Assembly: GCA_044440125.1 (NCBI GenBank)
Contig: JBITAJ010000012.1
Span: 96,001-160,000 of the forward strand
Reading direction: 5' to 3'
Length of the DNA: 64,000 bases
DNA from: Sedimentisphaeraceae bacterium JB056
Lineage (GTDB): Bacteria > Planctomycetota > Phycisphaerae > Sedimentisphaerales > Sedimentisphaeraceae
This document shows, piece after piece, positions 50,030-59,703 of the stretch. Position numbers and translations under genes: made by a program. How positions within the stretch are numbered: the stretch's first letter is position 1; every line of letters starts with the position of its first letter. The notes beneath the pieces are model-generated. The model ran no database searches and was not told the origin of the DNA. It worked only from the letters and a program-made list of their open reading frames with translations.

Positions 50030-50733
50030 TGTGCGGTATTGGGAATATTCTAAAAGAAGCTTATATTGAGCAGGTAACGAAGGCCGACTATCAACCATTT
50101 GCTTGTTTTCATTATCGAAAAGGGCGTTTGCCGGTTGTGGACAAGGTGTTTGCGTTGGTGTTACCGGAATTTGGACGGATTGCCATTGTGGTCTACTCCT
50201 TTCCGCCTTGCCACTTACTTGCCAGACGTATGGCTTTGGGTGATTGGTTGCCGCGATTAGATCGCTCATCAATGATGCGGTTTATAAATGCCAATATTCG
50301 CTCAATATCGAGGGTTGTGGTTGTGCCTGAGTTTCGGGGGATTTCGGCGGCATCTTTGCTTATTAGCAACAGTTTGGATAGGCTATGTGTGCCGCTTATT
50401 GAATCGGTAGCGGCTATGGGCGAGTTTAACAGCTTTTTTGAGAAGGCGGGGTTTGTCAAGTCTACTGCGCCTGTCAGTGACAGGTGCCGGAATATGGCTA
50501 ACATATTGCGAGAAAATGGTTTAGGTGGTGATATGCTCTTTGATGCGGATTTGGCATTGAGGTATATCAATACGCTGAGCGATAAGCAAAAACCGCGTAT
50601 ATGGCATGAGATAGACCGCTTTATTGGAGCTTATGGCAGGAAAAGATTGCTTTCCGATAAGCGGCAACGGGTGAATATTGTTTTGTCGAGACTTAACGGT
50701 TCTGGGACATATTTCTACAAATTTTGCAATTAA
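50026..50733 (+). CDS. GNAT-fold acetyltransferase (COG2401/Mom-like)
   Basis: FHY, ISRVVV.PEFRG (acetyl-CoA motif A), E..A.M...N.FFEKAGF. Confidence 0.75.
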   Translation: MMCGIGNILKEAYIEQVTKADYQPFACFHYRKGRLPVVDKVFALVLPEFGRIAIVVYSFPPCHLLARRMALGDWLPRLDRSSMMRFINANIRSISRVVVVPEFRGISAASLLISNSLDRLCVPLIESVAAMGEFNSFFEKAGFVKSTAPVSDRCRNMANILRENGLGGDMLFDADLALRYINTLSDKQKPRIWHEIDRFIGAYGRKRLLSDKRQRVNIVLSRLNGSGTYFYKFCN

Positions 50734-50842
50734 TTTAAAACTATCAGAGCTTCCCATATGAGGAAGCATATAAAACGCATAGAGTTTGCTGCCGGCTTAC
50801 TGACGTGCACGGCTCTGAAAGCTTATTAAAGAGGGAGAGAAG

Positions 50843-51238
50843 ATGGCTAAGATAAGTAAAAAGCAGAGGGATTTTCTGGACTGTATAATTGACAGCCGGA
50901 TAGAGGTTGAGGCGGCGATGGAGCAGCTTGGCATCAGCAGCGACACGATTTGTCGTTGGTTTTCAATGGAAGCGTTTACTCAGGAAATCACGCGCCGCAT
51001 TGATGTGATAACCAGACGTGCTGATATGATTATTTCGCAAAACAGGCTTCTTGCCGCCAAACGGCTTGTGAAGCTGACGAATTGTGAGAAGGAGGAGACT
51101 GCGAGAAAGGCGTGTCTTGATATACTGGAGCTTACCGCGGCGGGAAAGGTAGAGGAGAATCAGGGCACAATGCCGCAGATATCACAGCAGACCGCCGCAA
51201 AACTGCTGGAAATACTCGCAAACGAAAAGCAAATGTAA
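50843..51238 (+). CDS. HTH protein, putative terminase small subunit-like
   Basis: N-terminal HTH (..KKQ..FL...A...LGIS..TI.RW...F) and A..L..L.....E..R.A..DIL; upstream of TerL. Confidence 0.55.
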   Translation: MAKISKKQRDFLDCIIDSRIEVEAAMEQLGISSDTICRWFSMEAFTQEITRRIDVITRRADMIISQNRLLAAKRLVKLTNCEKEETARKACLDILELTAAGKVEENQGTMPQISQQTAAKLLEILANEKQM

Positions 51239-51353
51239 AGAAGAAAGCTTTATTTTGTCTGTGGTGGTTTCATTTTTTCATAAAAACAGTAAAATATCTA
51301 CAGTTTAGTTGGCATTAAAGATATTTATAACGATAAGTTTGAAAGGTTAGAGA

Positions 51354-51782
51354 ATGAAGATTGCTATAGCATCAGATCACGCGGGTTTTGATTACAAAGA
51401 AGCGGTTAAGGCATTTTTGCTCGAAAAAGGCTACGAAGTAGAAGACTTCGGCACATATTCTAAGGATTCCTGCGACTATCCTGATTTTATTTTTCCAGCG
51501 GCACGCGCGGTTGCTGAAGGCAAGTGCGAGAGGGGTATTGTATTCGGCGGCAGCGGCAACGGCGAAGCTATCGCGGCTAACAAGATCAAGGGTGTACGCT
51601 GCGGGCTTGCATGGGACTTGCGTTCAGCACGTCTTTGCCGTGAGCACAATGATGCGAATGTACTGTCAATGGGGCAGAGAATGTTAGCGGTAGAAGAAAT
51701 GCTCGAAATTACTGAGCTCTGGCTCAACACGGATTACGAAGGCGGCCGCCATCAGAAGAGAATTGATAAGCTCGATATCTGA
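51354..51782 (+). CDS. rpiB: Ribose-5-phosphate isomerase B
   Basis: IASDHAG, DYPD, GGSGNG..IAANK, HNDANVL, GGRH..R. Confidence 0.95.
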   Translation: MKIAIASDHAGFDYKEAVKAFLLEKGYEVEDFGTYSKDSCDYPDFIFPAARAVAEGKCERGIVFGGSGNGEAIAANKIKGVRCGLAWDLRSARLCREHNDANVLSMGQRMLAVEEMLEITELWLNTDYEGGRHQKRIDKLDI

Positions 51783-51812
51783 CAGTTATCAGTAAACAGT
51801 TATCAATTATCA
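51783..51812. repeat. Left heptamer array of four-helix-bundle element
   Basis: CAGTTAT CAGTAAA CAGTTAT CAATTAT CA. Confidence 0.8.
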
Positions 51813-51856
51813 TAGGCTCTCGCCGTTTGCAGAGATAGAAATTATAGGAGGAGAAA

Positions 51857-52255
51857 TTGAATAACGGAATTGACAGCAAAGTTTATAAGTTGGCGTGTAA
51901 GTTTTCGATAAAAATAGTTAAGCAATGTCGAATCTTACGTGACGAAAAAGAATTTGTTCTTTCAACTCAACTGCTTAAGAGTGGCACTTCAATAGGCGCA
52001 AATATTGCAGAAGCCAACGGTGCTATATCTATGGCTGATTTTTCGGCTAAGATATCAATTTCGTATAAGGAAGCTTTGGAAACAAAGTACTGGCTCGATC
52101 TTTTGAAGGATACTGATACAATAGGTCTTGAATGTTATGATGAGCTATTTCGATCCGTTGATGAAATTGCGAAAATTTTGTATTCCATATTGAAGACGAC
52201 AAGAAATATAAATCCTGAGAAAAAATCTGATATTGCAGATGGCGATAGCCGATAA
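51857..52255 (+). CDS. Four-helix-bundle protein (23S rRNA IVP/Avd-like family)
   Basis: QLLKSGTSIGANIAEA...S..DF..K..IS.KEA.ET.YWL.LL. Confidence 0.92.
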   Translation: MNNGIDSKVYKLACKFSIKIVKQCRILRDEKEFVLSTQLLKSGTSIGANIAEANGAISMADFSAKISISYKEALETKYWLDLLKDTDTIGLECYDELFRSVDEIAKILYSILKTTRNINPEKKSDIADGDSR

Positions 52256-52279
52256 CTGTTAACTGATAATTGATAACTG
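52244..52279. repeat. Right heptamer array, inverted relative to the left array
   Basis: GATAGCC GATAACT GTTAACT GATAATT GATAACT G. Confidence 0.8.
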
Positions 52280-52297
52280 AATTTGGAGGAGAAAATC

Positions 52298-53761
52298 ATG
52301 TCTATTTCTGCGGCCAGTTTGCGCGCGGCGGGTGGGGTTTATCGTGCGCTTCGTAAAATCAAACCTCAAACAAAAGAGCAGTTGCTCAATTATGTAAAGG
52401 TATTTTTAGGTGTCAGCGTGCCTGATCAGGTAGTTTGTTCGGGGCATAGCTCACCGGCGGATTATCTTTGGCATGCTTTCAACTGTGATGATGATGCGTC
52501 CGTTTCAAACGGAGATTGTGTTGTGTGGGCAAACCGCGGCGGCGGCAAAACTATGATGGCGGCGGTTGCCACTCTTCTTGATTGTCTATTCAAAGATGCT
52601 GCGCAGGTTCGTATACTTGCAGGCTCTTTCGATCAGGCTTCCAGGATGTATGAGTATCTTGTGAAGTTTGTCTCTGATGGTTTTGAGGATAAGCTTGCCG
52701 AGCCGATTAAAAAAAGCGGTATGTCTTTTGTCAACGGCTCGAAAGTTGAAGTGCTCACGCAATCTGCAAAGAGTGTTCGCGGGTGTCATATTCATAAGCT
52801 GAGATGTGATGAAGTGGAGATGTTTGATACGGAAGTTTTCGAGGCGGCGCAATTCATAACACAATCGACTGACGGCAAAAAAGCCGCGATGGAAATTGCT
52901 TCAACAATGCACAGGCCGTATGGTTTGATGCAGGATGTTGTTGCCGGTGCTAAAGAAAATTCTGTGCCGATATTCAAATGGTGTCTGTGGGAAGTTATTG
53001 AAAAATGCACGCAGCAGAGTTGTTCGCGATGTCCTTTGAATGATGATTGTCGCGGCCGTGCAAAACATGCCGATGGCTACTATAGGATTGATGATGCAAT
53101 AAGTCAGATGCGGCGTTCAAGTCGACAGAGCTGGCAGGCGGAAGTTTTGTGTGAGCGTCCGCTTAATGATAAGCTTGTGTTCTCTGATTTCGAAAGAACG
53201 GTTCATGTTAAGCCGGTAGAGTTTGATATTCGTTTGCCGCTTTATCGCACGATCGATTTTGGTTTTGTCAATCCGTTTGTCTGTCTATGGATACAGGTTG
53301 ATGGAAGCGGGGTGGTGCGTGTGTTGCGGGAGTATCAGCAGAGCCGCATGACAATACTTGCCAACACCGAAAAAATAATTTCGATAACGCCGTGCGATGA
53401 AGCTTGCGTTGCCGCGACATTTTGCGATCCCGCAGGCAATCAGCATAGCGATATTACAGGCACAAACTGTGTGCAGGAAATGCGCCGTGCGGGAGTTCGT
53501 GTGAGAAGCTGTAAGAGCGGCATACTTGAAGGTATTGAAAAAATACGCAAAGCTCTTAAAGACGGCTTCGGCAATTCACGAATTGTCATAGACCCCAAAT
53601 GCACAAATCTTATAAAGTCGCTTGAGACGTATCACTATCCCGACAACTCTCCATCAGAGCTGCCGGTAAAAGACGGCATAAGCGATCATCACATAGATGC
53701 TCTGCGATACTTCTTTGTTAATTATGAAAAAAATACAAAGGTCATTCAGCGACGGTATTGA
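52298..53761 (+). CDS. Phage terminase large subunit-like protein
   Basis: Walker A ANRGGGKT, RG plus Walker B LRCDEVE, ST motif, nuclease IDFG..NP, CDPAG, DHHIDALRY. Confidence 0.88.
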   Translation: MSISAASLRAAGGVYRALRKIKPQTKEQLLNYVKVFLGVSVPDQVVCSGHSSPADYLWHAFNCDDDASVSNGDCVVWANRGGGKTMMAAVATLLDCLFKDAAQVRILAGSFDQASRMYEYLVKFVSDGFEDKLAEPIKKSGMSFVNGSKVEVLTQSAKSVRGCHIHKLRCDEVEMFDTEVFEAAQFITQSTDGKKAAMEIASTMHRPYGLMQDVVAGAKENSVPIFKWCLWEVIEKCTQQSCSRCPLNDDCRGRAKHADGYYRIDDAISQMRRSSRQSWQAEVLCERPLNDKLVFSDFERTVHVKPVEFDIRLPLYRTIDFGFVNPFVCLWIQVDGSGVVRVLREYQQSRMTILANTEKIISITPCDEACVAATFCDPAGNQHSDITGTNCVQEMRRAGVRVRSCKSGILEGIEKIRKALKDGFGNSRIVIDPKCTNLIKSLETYHYPDNSPSELPVKDGISDHHIDALRYFFVNYEKNTKVIQRRY

Positions 53762-54476
53762 GTTGCTGCAATTTCTTTTTCTTGTGTTTTGTAATTAATG
53801 TTACCGATAGAATGATAATACCGGCAACTATAAAGCAGATTACTCCTATTGCTTTGGGCAGTAGGGAGTATAATTGTTCCATGCCGCAGGCTTGATAACG
53901 GGTTGTCAGTTTCTGCGGGGTAGCGGTGAGTTTTTCACAGCCTTTAGTTACGTTGATTTTGAACTGATATTGGCCTTCCGCGATTGGGAAAAAGCGGATA
54001 AGCATTATGTAGCTGCCTGAGCTTTCGTTATGTAAGGTGTAATCTGCAGAGGAATCTCCGCTGATGTATATTTCGCCGTCAGGTTTTAGAATTTGCCATG
54101 AGTATTCCAACTCTTCAAGCAGAGTTTCCCGTGAGAGAAGTTTGCTATCCAATTCAGGAATAAACAAATCGATTGTCTGCGAGTGAGATACGGAAAGATG
54201 CTGGATGAATTCGCTTTCGTATTCGCCTGGTTTAGAAAAGTCAACTTCTATATCCATTGCCGACTTGGGCAGGTTTGTCTTTATGTGGTCTTTGATTCTA
54301 AATCCTTCGATCAGACAATAAGTACCAAAGCCAATAAGCCCTGTGGCTATGATACAAAAAAATATTCTGAATATAGGTGGTAGTTTCTTTATCTTATTTT
54401 TGATTGATGCTGATTTGCTCATAAAATCCGATGGGTCAGGACTGAGGCATTTCTCTGCCTTCTTTTCATTTGACAT
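53742..54476 (-). CDS. Hypothetical protein with two TM helices
   Basis: Hydrophobic segments near both ends; GGAG RBS. Confidence 0.65.
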   Translation of the reverse strand: MSNEKKAEKCLSPDPSDFMSKSASIKNKIKKLPPIFRIFFCIIATGLIGFGTYCLIEGFRIKDHIKTNLPKSAMDIEVDFSKPGEYESEFIQHLSVSHSQTIDLFIPELDSKLLSRETLLEELEYSWQILKPDGEIYISGDSSADYTLHNESSGSYIMLIRFFPIAEGQYQFKINVTKGCEKLTATPQKLTTRYQACGMEQLYSLLPKAIGVICFIVAGIIILSVTLITKHKKKKLQQLNTVAE

Positions 54477-54502
54477 TTCCCTCTCCTTGCATTATGAAAT
54501 TT

Positions 54503-54530
54503 GTAGAGACGCGATTAATCGCGTCTCTAC
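54503..54530. repeat. GTAG-type REP palindrome
   Basis: Perfect 28 bp palindrome GTAGAGACGCGATTAATCGCGTCTCTAC. Confidence 0.8.
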
Positions 54531-54541
54531 TGTCTGGCTGT

Positions 54542-55558
54542 TTAGTTATCCTTAATTTCGAAGATTAGTTCGAAATCTTTTTTCTCGTGAGGCTTCAGGA
54601 TTGTAAGGCAGTCTTGTTCTCTTGCTGCTTTTTGTCCTATTGGGAAATTAGTTCCCGGTTCGATACCTGTAACATATTCGCCGCGTCCCCAGTGCTGCCA
54701 GTTTGTGAGGCATGGCAGTTGAGTGTTCTTGAATTTCAGTTGTGCGGTGATGCCGAGTTTTGGATTTTTAATTCCCGCGGTGCAAAGCCCATCGCTTCCG
54801 GCCTTTGGTGTTATGAATCCGCACGCTTCGCCGAAGCCGTTGTGTTTCTCCTGCGGCGCGCAGCATTTTTTATAATCGTTGCTGTCGTTGAAAATGTCAT
54901 TGTCTCCATCGCCGCCGCGTGATTTCACATCGCCATCATAAAACAGTTCGCATCCTTCGTCTACCAATGGCCATCCGAAGTTACAATGGTAGAGCAGCAT
55001 AAGCGGGGCATCGGTATTGCCGGCGTTACAGACTCTGTCATTGATTTGTATTTTTGACTGTCCGGCAAACGCGGTGATGGTCCGTTTGAGTTTGAGATTA
55101 GGACCAAAGAGAGAGCTTTCCTTGATCGTGGCTGTGATTTTCATTGTTGGCTGGTCATCGCAAAGACACGGCTGTATGACAGACTCAAGCTCTGCCGGAA
55201 GATTGCTGTATTTTCCGTGCAGACCGTGGCCTTCTTCGGGGCCGCCAAAATGTGACAATCCGCATGTTGTTACAAGCCCGCCGCTGAAATTGCTCAGCCA
55301 ATGCAAGCCTTCACCAATATCACGACGCGGTGCACTTAAACCCACATGGCTGAGCCACGCCAGTGAGTAAGGCCCGTAGAATGCGTCAACGATATCAAGC
55401 CCGCGATCTATCGCTACCTTGAATCGCAGTCCTGAGCCTGTGTTTACCCATGCGATGCGTGAGCCTCTTGCGTTTCCGTTGTCTGCGGTGTATGTTTCGA
55501 TGCCGCAGAGCTGGTTGTGGTTGATTATTTTACCCTTAAATTCGCTTAGCAAATCCAT
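54542..55558 (-). CDS. Aldose 1-epimerase family protein (DUF4432-like)
   Basis: DRGLDI, TTCGL, LHG, LYHCNFG.PL, GIEPG. Confidence 0.85.
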   Translation of the reverse strand: MDLLSEFKGKIINHNQLCGIETYTADNGNARGSRIAWVNTGSGLRFKVAIDRGLDIVDAFYGPYSLAWLSHVGLSAPRRDIGEGLHWLSNFSGGLVTTCGLSHFGGPEEGHGLHGKYSNLPAELESVIQPCLCDDQPTMKITATIKESSLFGPNLKLKRTITAFAGQSKIQINDRVCNAGNTDAPLMLLYHCNFGWPLVDEGCELFYDGDVKSRGGDGDNDIFNDSNDYKKCCAPQEKHNGFGEACGFITPKAGSDGLCTAGIKNPKLGITAQLKFKNTQLPCLTNWQHWGRGEYVTGIEPGTNFPIGQKAAREQDCLTILKPHEKKDFELIFEIKDN

Positions 55559-55841
55559 TATGCTGCTCCTTATTAAAGCCGTACAGGTTAAAAAACAGTT
55601 TTTAGTTCGTAGTTCGTAGAGAGTAGAAAATATGGCAAAGCCAACGTTAAATTATTTATAAATATTAAAATATAATAATACTTGGATAAACAGTTGCTGT
55701 CCAGATAAATTTTACAGGGCAAGGGGTTTATTTAAGCATTTGGCAATACTGATATTAAGGATTTTACTTGTTTATTCTGTCGTTTGTTTTTGTACAATAC
55801 TTACTGTCAGTACAGATAATCTATAATTAAAAGGAGAAAAA

Positions 55842-56849
55842 ATGGACTATAGGCCACTTGGAAGAACAGGAGTAAAGGTAAGTTCTTTGTGTCTTGGCTG
55901 CATGAACTTTGGCGGCAAGACCAATATGGAAGATTCATCCGAAATAATGGATCATGCGATTGACAGCGGGATAAATTTCTTTGATACCGCTAATGTTTAC
56001 AGTCGCGGCGAAAGTGAAAAGACTGTCGGTGCGGCTCTCAAGGCCAACGGCAAGCGTGATAAGATTGTTTTGGCGACTAAGGTTCACGGCAAAATGGATG
56101 ACGATGATGTAAATGCTCAGGGCAACAACCGCAGGCATATAATTCAGCAGTGCGAAGCCTCGTTAAAACGGCTAAAGACTGATTGGATAGACCTTTATCA
56201 GATTCACAGGCCTGACAGTACTATACCGATAGATGAGACGTTGCGTGCTCTGGACGATTTGATCCGTGCCGGCAAGGTGCGATATGTCGGAACCAGTACT
56301 TTCGCTGCGTGGCAGATGGTAAAGGCTCACTGGATTGCCAAAGAGCTGGGGCTCAACCGTTTTATCTGTGAGCAGCCGCCTTATAATCTGCTCGATCGCC
56401 GTATAGAGAGGGAGCTTATACCGATGGCCATCAGTTTCGGTATGGCGATTATACCATGGTCACCGCTTGCAAGTGGTTTTCTCACAGGGAAATACAAACG
56501 AAACGAGGATAGGCCCGAGGGATCAAGGCTAAAGACGAACAAATTCCACGAGGATTGTTTCGAGGACCGATGTTTTGATGTTGTGGAGGAAGTTGAAAAG
56601 ATGGCCAAGGAAAAAGGCTGCACTCCGAGTCAGCTGAGTCTTGCATGGTGCGTTGGCCAGCCGGGTGTCACCAGCCCGATAATCGGACCTCGTACTATGG
56701 AGCAGCTTAAGGATAATCTTGGTGCTCTTGATGTTGAGCTGGATTCTGAATATTTGGCAAGGCTTGATAAGATCAGCGAGCCGGGGCACGGCAGTGCCAG
56801 GTTCTACGAGGCGGATTTTGGGCCTGAAAAATTTGTCGGTTTGTTATAA
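55842..56849 (+). CDS. Aldo/keto reductase
   Basis: LGRTGVKVS.LCLG, FDTANVY, ATK, DLYQIH, WSPLA.G.LTGKY. Confidence 0.95.
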   Translation: MDYRPLGRTGVKVSSLCLGCMNFGGKTNMEDSSEIMDHAIDSGINFFDTANVYSRGESEKTVGAALKANGKRDKIVLATKVHGKMDDDDVNAQGNNRRHIIQQCEASLKRLKTDWIDLYQIHRPDSTIPIDETLRALDDLIRAGKVRYVGTSTFAAWQMVKAHWIAKELGLNRFICEQPPYNLLDRRIERELIPMAISFGMAIIPWSPLASGFLTGKYKRNEDRPEGSRLKTNKFHEDCFEDRCFDVVEEVEKMAKEKGCTPSQLSLAWCVGQPGVTSPIIGPRTMEQLKDNLGALDVELDSEYLARLDKISEPGHGSARFYEADFGPEKFVGLL

Positions 56850-56867
56850 GCTGGATTTAATATAAAG

Positions 56868-56905
56868 AAAAAGGAAGCGGTATATTGTTTCCCGCTTCCT
56901 TTTTT
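56868..56905. terminator. Bidirectional intrinsic terminator
   Basis: AAAAAGGAAGCGG...CCGCTTCCTTTTTT between convergent genes. Confidence 0.8.
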
Positions 56906-56913
56906 ATTGATTT

Positions 56914-58188
56914 TTAGTTTTTCAAAAAGCTTTTGTAGTATTCATCTACATTTACGACTTTGCCTTCTACCCTTGCTTTTTCAGCGGCAAATGCTGCGAT
57001 GTGACTATGCATCGCGGAACCGATTTTTGATCCGCTTTGTGATGTGAAGTCGTCGTAGAAGTCGTGCATCAGGCCGTAGTCTCCTCCGCCGTGATGTCCG
57101 TAACCTTCTTCATTGTCTATTTTTATGTTGATTCTTTCGATGTCTCTGGTGAGGTGGTCGCGAATCATGATATCTGCGTCTGTGCTTAGTTTTTCGATTG
57201 CCCAGCCGTAAAGAGTACCCTTTGTTCCGAGTATTTGGAGCTGGCGACCATAATTGAATGCACTCATTGTAAATGTTCCGGTTGCGCCGCTTTCAAACTC
57301 AAAGCTGAGTACCTGGTGGTCAACGGCAGTGTTGTCGCATTTGAATGCGCAGCGACCCCATTTGCTTTCCTTGAGCCATTTATCGATCTCGGAATCAGTC
57401 ATTTTGTCGCCATTAGGCAACAGATATGTCAGCCATTCCTTGTTCTTTGTTTTGTATGTTTGTGCATCATAGAGACAGCTTTCGCTTGCCGGGCATCCGT
57501 CAATACATCTTTCGGGAGAGTTCTCCGGTGCGTGTGCCTTGTCAAAGTATGAGATACGTCCGAAGCTTGCTATGTTTTCGAATTTACTTGATGTGAGCCA
57601 GTGCAGTATATCCATGTCGTGGCATGATTTGGCAACGATCATTGGCGTGCTGTCTTCCGTTACTGCCCAGTGTCCGCGTACGAATGAGTGACTTTGATGC
57701 CACGGGTCAACGCCTTCGACCGCGCTTATTGATACTATTTCGCCAAGGCGGCCAGAATCAATAATCTCTTTTACCTTCTTGTAGAAAGGTGTGTATCTCA
57801 ATACGTAGCAGATAGTTACGCTTTTGTTGAGCTTCTCGGCGGTTTGCTGTATCGATATTATCTTCTCGATAGTGTCGGCAGCTGGTTTTTCAAGGATGAT
57901 GTCGTATCCTTTTTCCATTGCCTCAATACATGGCTCGTAATGGTAGTTGTCCTGCGTGCCGATTATCATTACATCGGCAAGTTTGTCGCAGGCGAGTATT
58001 TCCTTGTCGCTTTTGAATAACTGGAAGTCCGGATTGTCAGATACGGCCTTGATTTTCTCGGCCTTTTCAGTTATCGGGTCGGCAGCGGCGGTTATCTCGT
58101 ATCTGTCCTTCATCATCGCTGCTACTGATGTGTAAGTCTGTGCGCGCGGGCCACAACCAATAGCAGCCAGCCTTATTTTCTTTTCCAT
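56914..58188 (-). CDS. Gfo/Idh/MocA family oxidoreductase
   Basis: IGCG.R, LEKP, KSCHDMD, HGGGD. Confidence 0.92.
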   Translation of the reverse strand: MEKKIRLAAIGCGPRAQTYTSVAAMMKDRYEITAAADPITEKAEKIKAVSDNPDFQLFKSDKEILACDKLADVMIIGTQDNYHYEPCIEAMEKGYDIILEKPAADTIEKIISIQQTAEKLNKSVTICYVLRYTPFYKKVKEIIDSGRLGEIVSISAVEGVDPWHQSHSFVRGHWAVTEDSTPMIVAKSCHDMDILHWLTSSKFENIASFGRISYFDKAHAPENSPERCIDGCPASESCLYDAQTYKTKNKEWLTYLLPNGDKMTDSEIDKWLKESKWGRCAFKCDNTAVDHQVLSFEFESGATGTFTMSAFNYGRQLQILGTKGTLYGWAIEKLSTDADIMIRDHLTRDIERINIKIDNEEGYGHHGGGDYGLMHDFYDDFTSQSGSKIGSAMHSHIAAFAAEKARVEGKVVNVDEYYKSFLKN

Positions 58189-58356
58189 AATTTCATCACC
58201 CTTTTCAAATCTGTATAAGAAATTTCATCCTGTATGCATCAAAAGTCTTTATAGCTTTAATAATTCTACAGTCAAGCAGTAATTTATAAAAAATTGAAGA
58301 CTTATTGCTTTATATTCTTGCTATATTGAAAGTTAAGTGATATTTTAGTGATAATA

Positions 58357-58451
58357 ATTACTGTAATATTACCGCGGCCTGTGTATTTTTTGACGTTTTG
58401 GGCGATATTTTAGTAAAAAGTACTTGACTATTACTGTAATAATGCTATAAA
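58357..58451 (+). promoter_or_regulatory. Promoter with two ATTACTGTAAT palindromes (putative GntR operators)
   Basis: ATTACTGTAAT at 58357-58367; TATTACTGTAATA at 58429-58441 lies between TTGACT and TATAAA. Confidence 0.6.
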
Positions 58452-58482
58452 TAATATATATAGAGTAATAAAAGGGTTATTT

Positions 58483-59676
58483 ATGTTTGAACAACTTACT
58501 ATAGACAGATGCTCAGGTAAACCGGTCAGTTCGCAGATCGCTCATTTTGTGAAACAGCAAATCGCGAACAACGAGCTTTCTCCGGGCGACAAATTCCCCA
58601 CCACTCAGGAGTTTGTTAAGAACATAGGTGTTGGACCGCACACAGTCAGGCAGGCTATGAAGGCTCTTGAAAAAGAAGGTCTTGTTCGATGTACCCCTCG
58701 CCTTGGAACGGTTGTATGTGAAAAGGCATATAATATTGTCAGCAATAATACAGATGATGCTGTTATTGTTGATACCGTTGTTACGCCTAAGTTCAGGCGA
58801 ATTGGTGTTCTGGGACTTTTTCAAAAAGTTACCAATGGCGGTATGAGGTATTGTGTTGAAACCGCCGAAGGTATAACATCCGAATGCGAGCGTCTTGGTG
58901 TAACTGCCATAATCCTTCCGAATAAACTGCAGAATATGAAAGCCCAAGAGATCTATCAGGAGCTTATGGGGCTTGGATGTGAAGGTTTGATATGGATGTA
59001 TACAGAGCGGCCTGATGATCCAATCCTGTTTGACTACCTTAATGAGAAGGGTATAAAGATCATATTCAAGCGTAGAAGTCAGGCCAATGACGGAAGACCT
59101 TGTATTGATGCTGATTATGAGACTGCCGGTTACAAGACCGGGCAGTATTTTCATGAGAACGGGATTAAGGACCTGCTTGTATTCAGCCACTTTGATTTCA
59201 ACACAGCGGATGCCGGTATTAAACTGCAAAGCTGCCCTACAATGCTTAAAAGCGGCCTTTTGCGGGCTTATGAGCACAATTATCTTGAGCCTAATATCGA
59301 GGTGAATGTCCATATCAATGAGGACACAGATACAAGCAAGCGTATATACAGCAAGCTGTGTCAGATACCCGATACAACAGGTGTTATATTCACTAATGGT
59401 TATCAGCTGCTTAACTATCTTTCTCATAATGGCTTACAGGGTTATGAGCTCCTGAGGACATTCAAAATCGTTGCGGTTAGCAACCTTACTATCAATTATC
59501 AACTGCGTCCGTTTGTCAACGGGCTTGATCTTATGGTCCTTGTAGACAATTTCAAGGAATCAGGAAAACTCATCGTCGGTAATCTCATAGGTATGCTTGA
59601 GGGTTACTTTGACAGCGGTGCTACAACTCTTACCGGCGTCGATTTCAGTTCATTTGAAGATTCATTCAAAAATTAA
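58483..59676 (+). CDS. GntR-family regulator with periplasmic-binding-protein-like effector domain
   Basis: L.PGDK.PT...V...TVRQA...L..EG......GT.V HTH; LacI-like C-terminal domain. Confidence 0.85.
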   Translation: MFEQLTIDRCSGKPVSSQIAHFVKQQIANNELSPGDKFPTTQEFVKNIGVGPHTVRQAMKALEKEGLVRCTPRLGTVVCEKAYNIVSNNTDDAVIVDTVVTPKFRRIGVLGLFQKVTNGGMRYCVETAEGITSECERLGVTAIILPNKLQNMKAQEIYQELMGLGCEGLIWMYTERPDDPILFDYLNEKGIKIIFKRRSQANDGRPCIDADYETAGYKTGQYFHENGIKDLLVFSHFDFNTADAGIKLQSCPTMLKSGLLRAYEHNYLEPNIEVNVHINEDTDTSKRIYSKLCQIPDTTGVIFTNGYQLLNYLSHNGLQGYELLRTFKIVAVSNLTINYQLRPFVNGLDLMVLVDNFKESGKLIVGNLIGMLEGYFDSGATTLTGVDFSSFEDSFKN

Positions 59677-59703
59677 AAGAAAATTTATAATAGGAGATTT
59701 GTT

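Noticed and set aside
36859..52255. Diversity-generating retroelement suggested by the Avd-like four-helix bundles
   Set aside because: No reverse transcriptase and no TR/VR pair seen in the window
48937..53761. Complete prophage
   Set aside because: No integrase, portal, capsid, tail or lysis genes and no att repeats seen
58513..59427. 304 aa minus-strand ORF
   Set aside because: Antisense to the GntR regulator; no motifs
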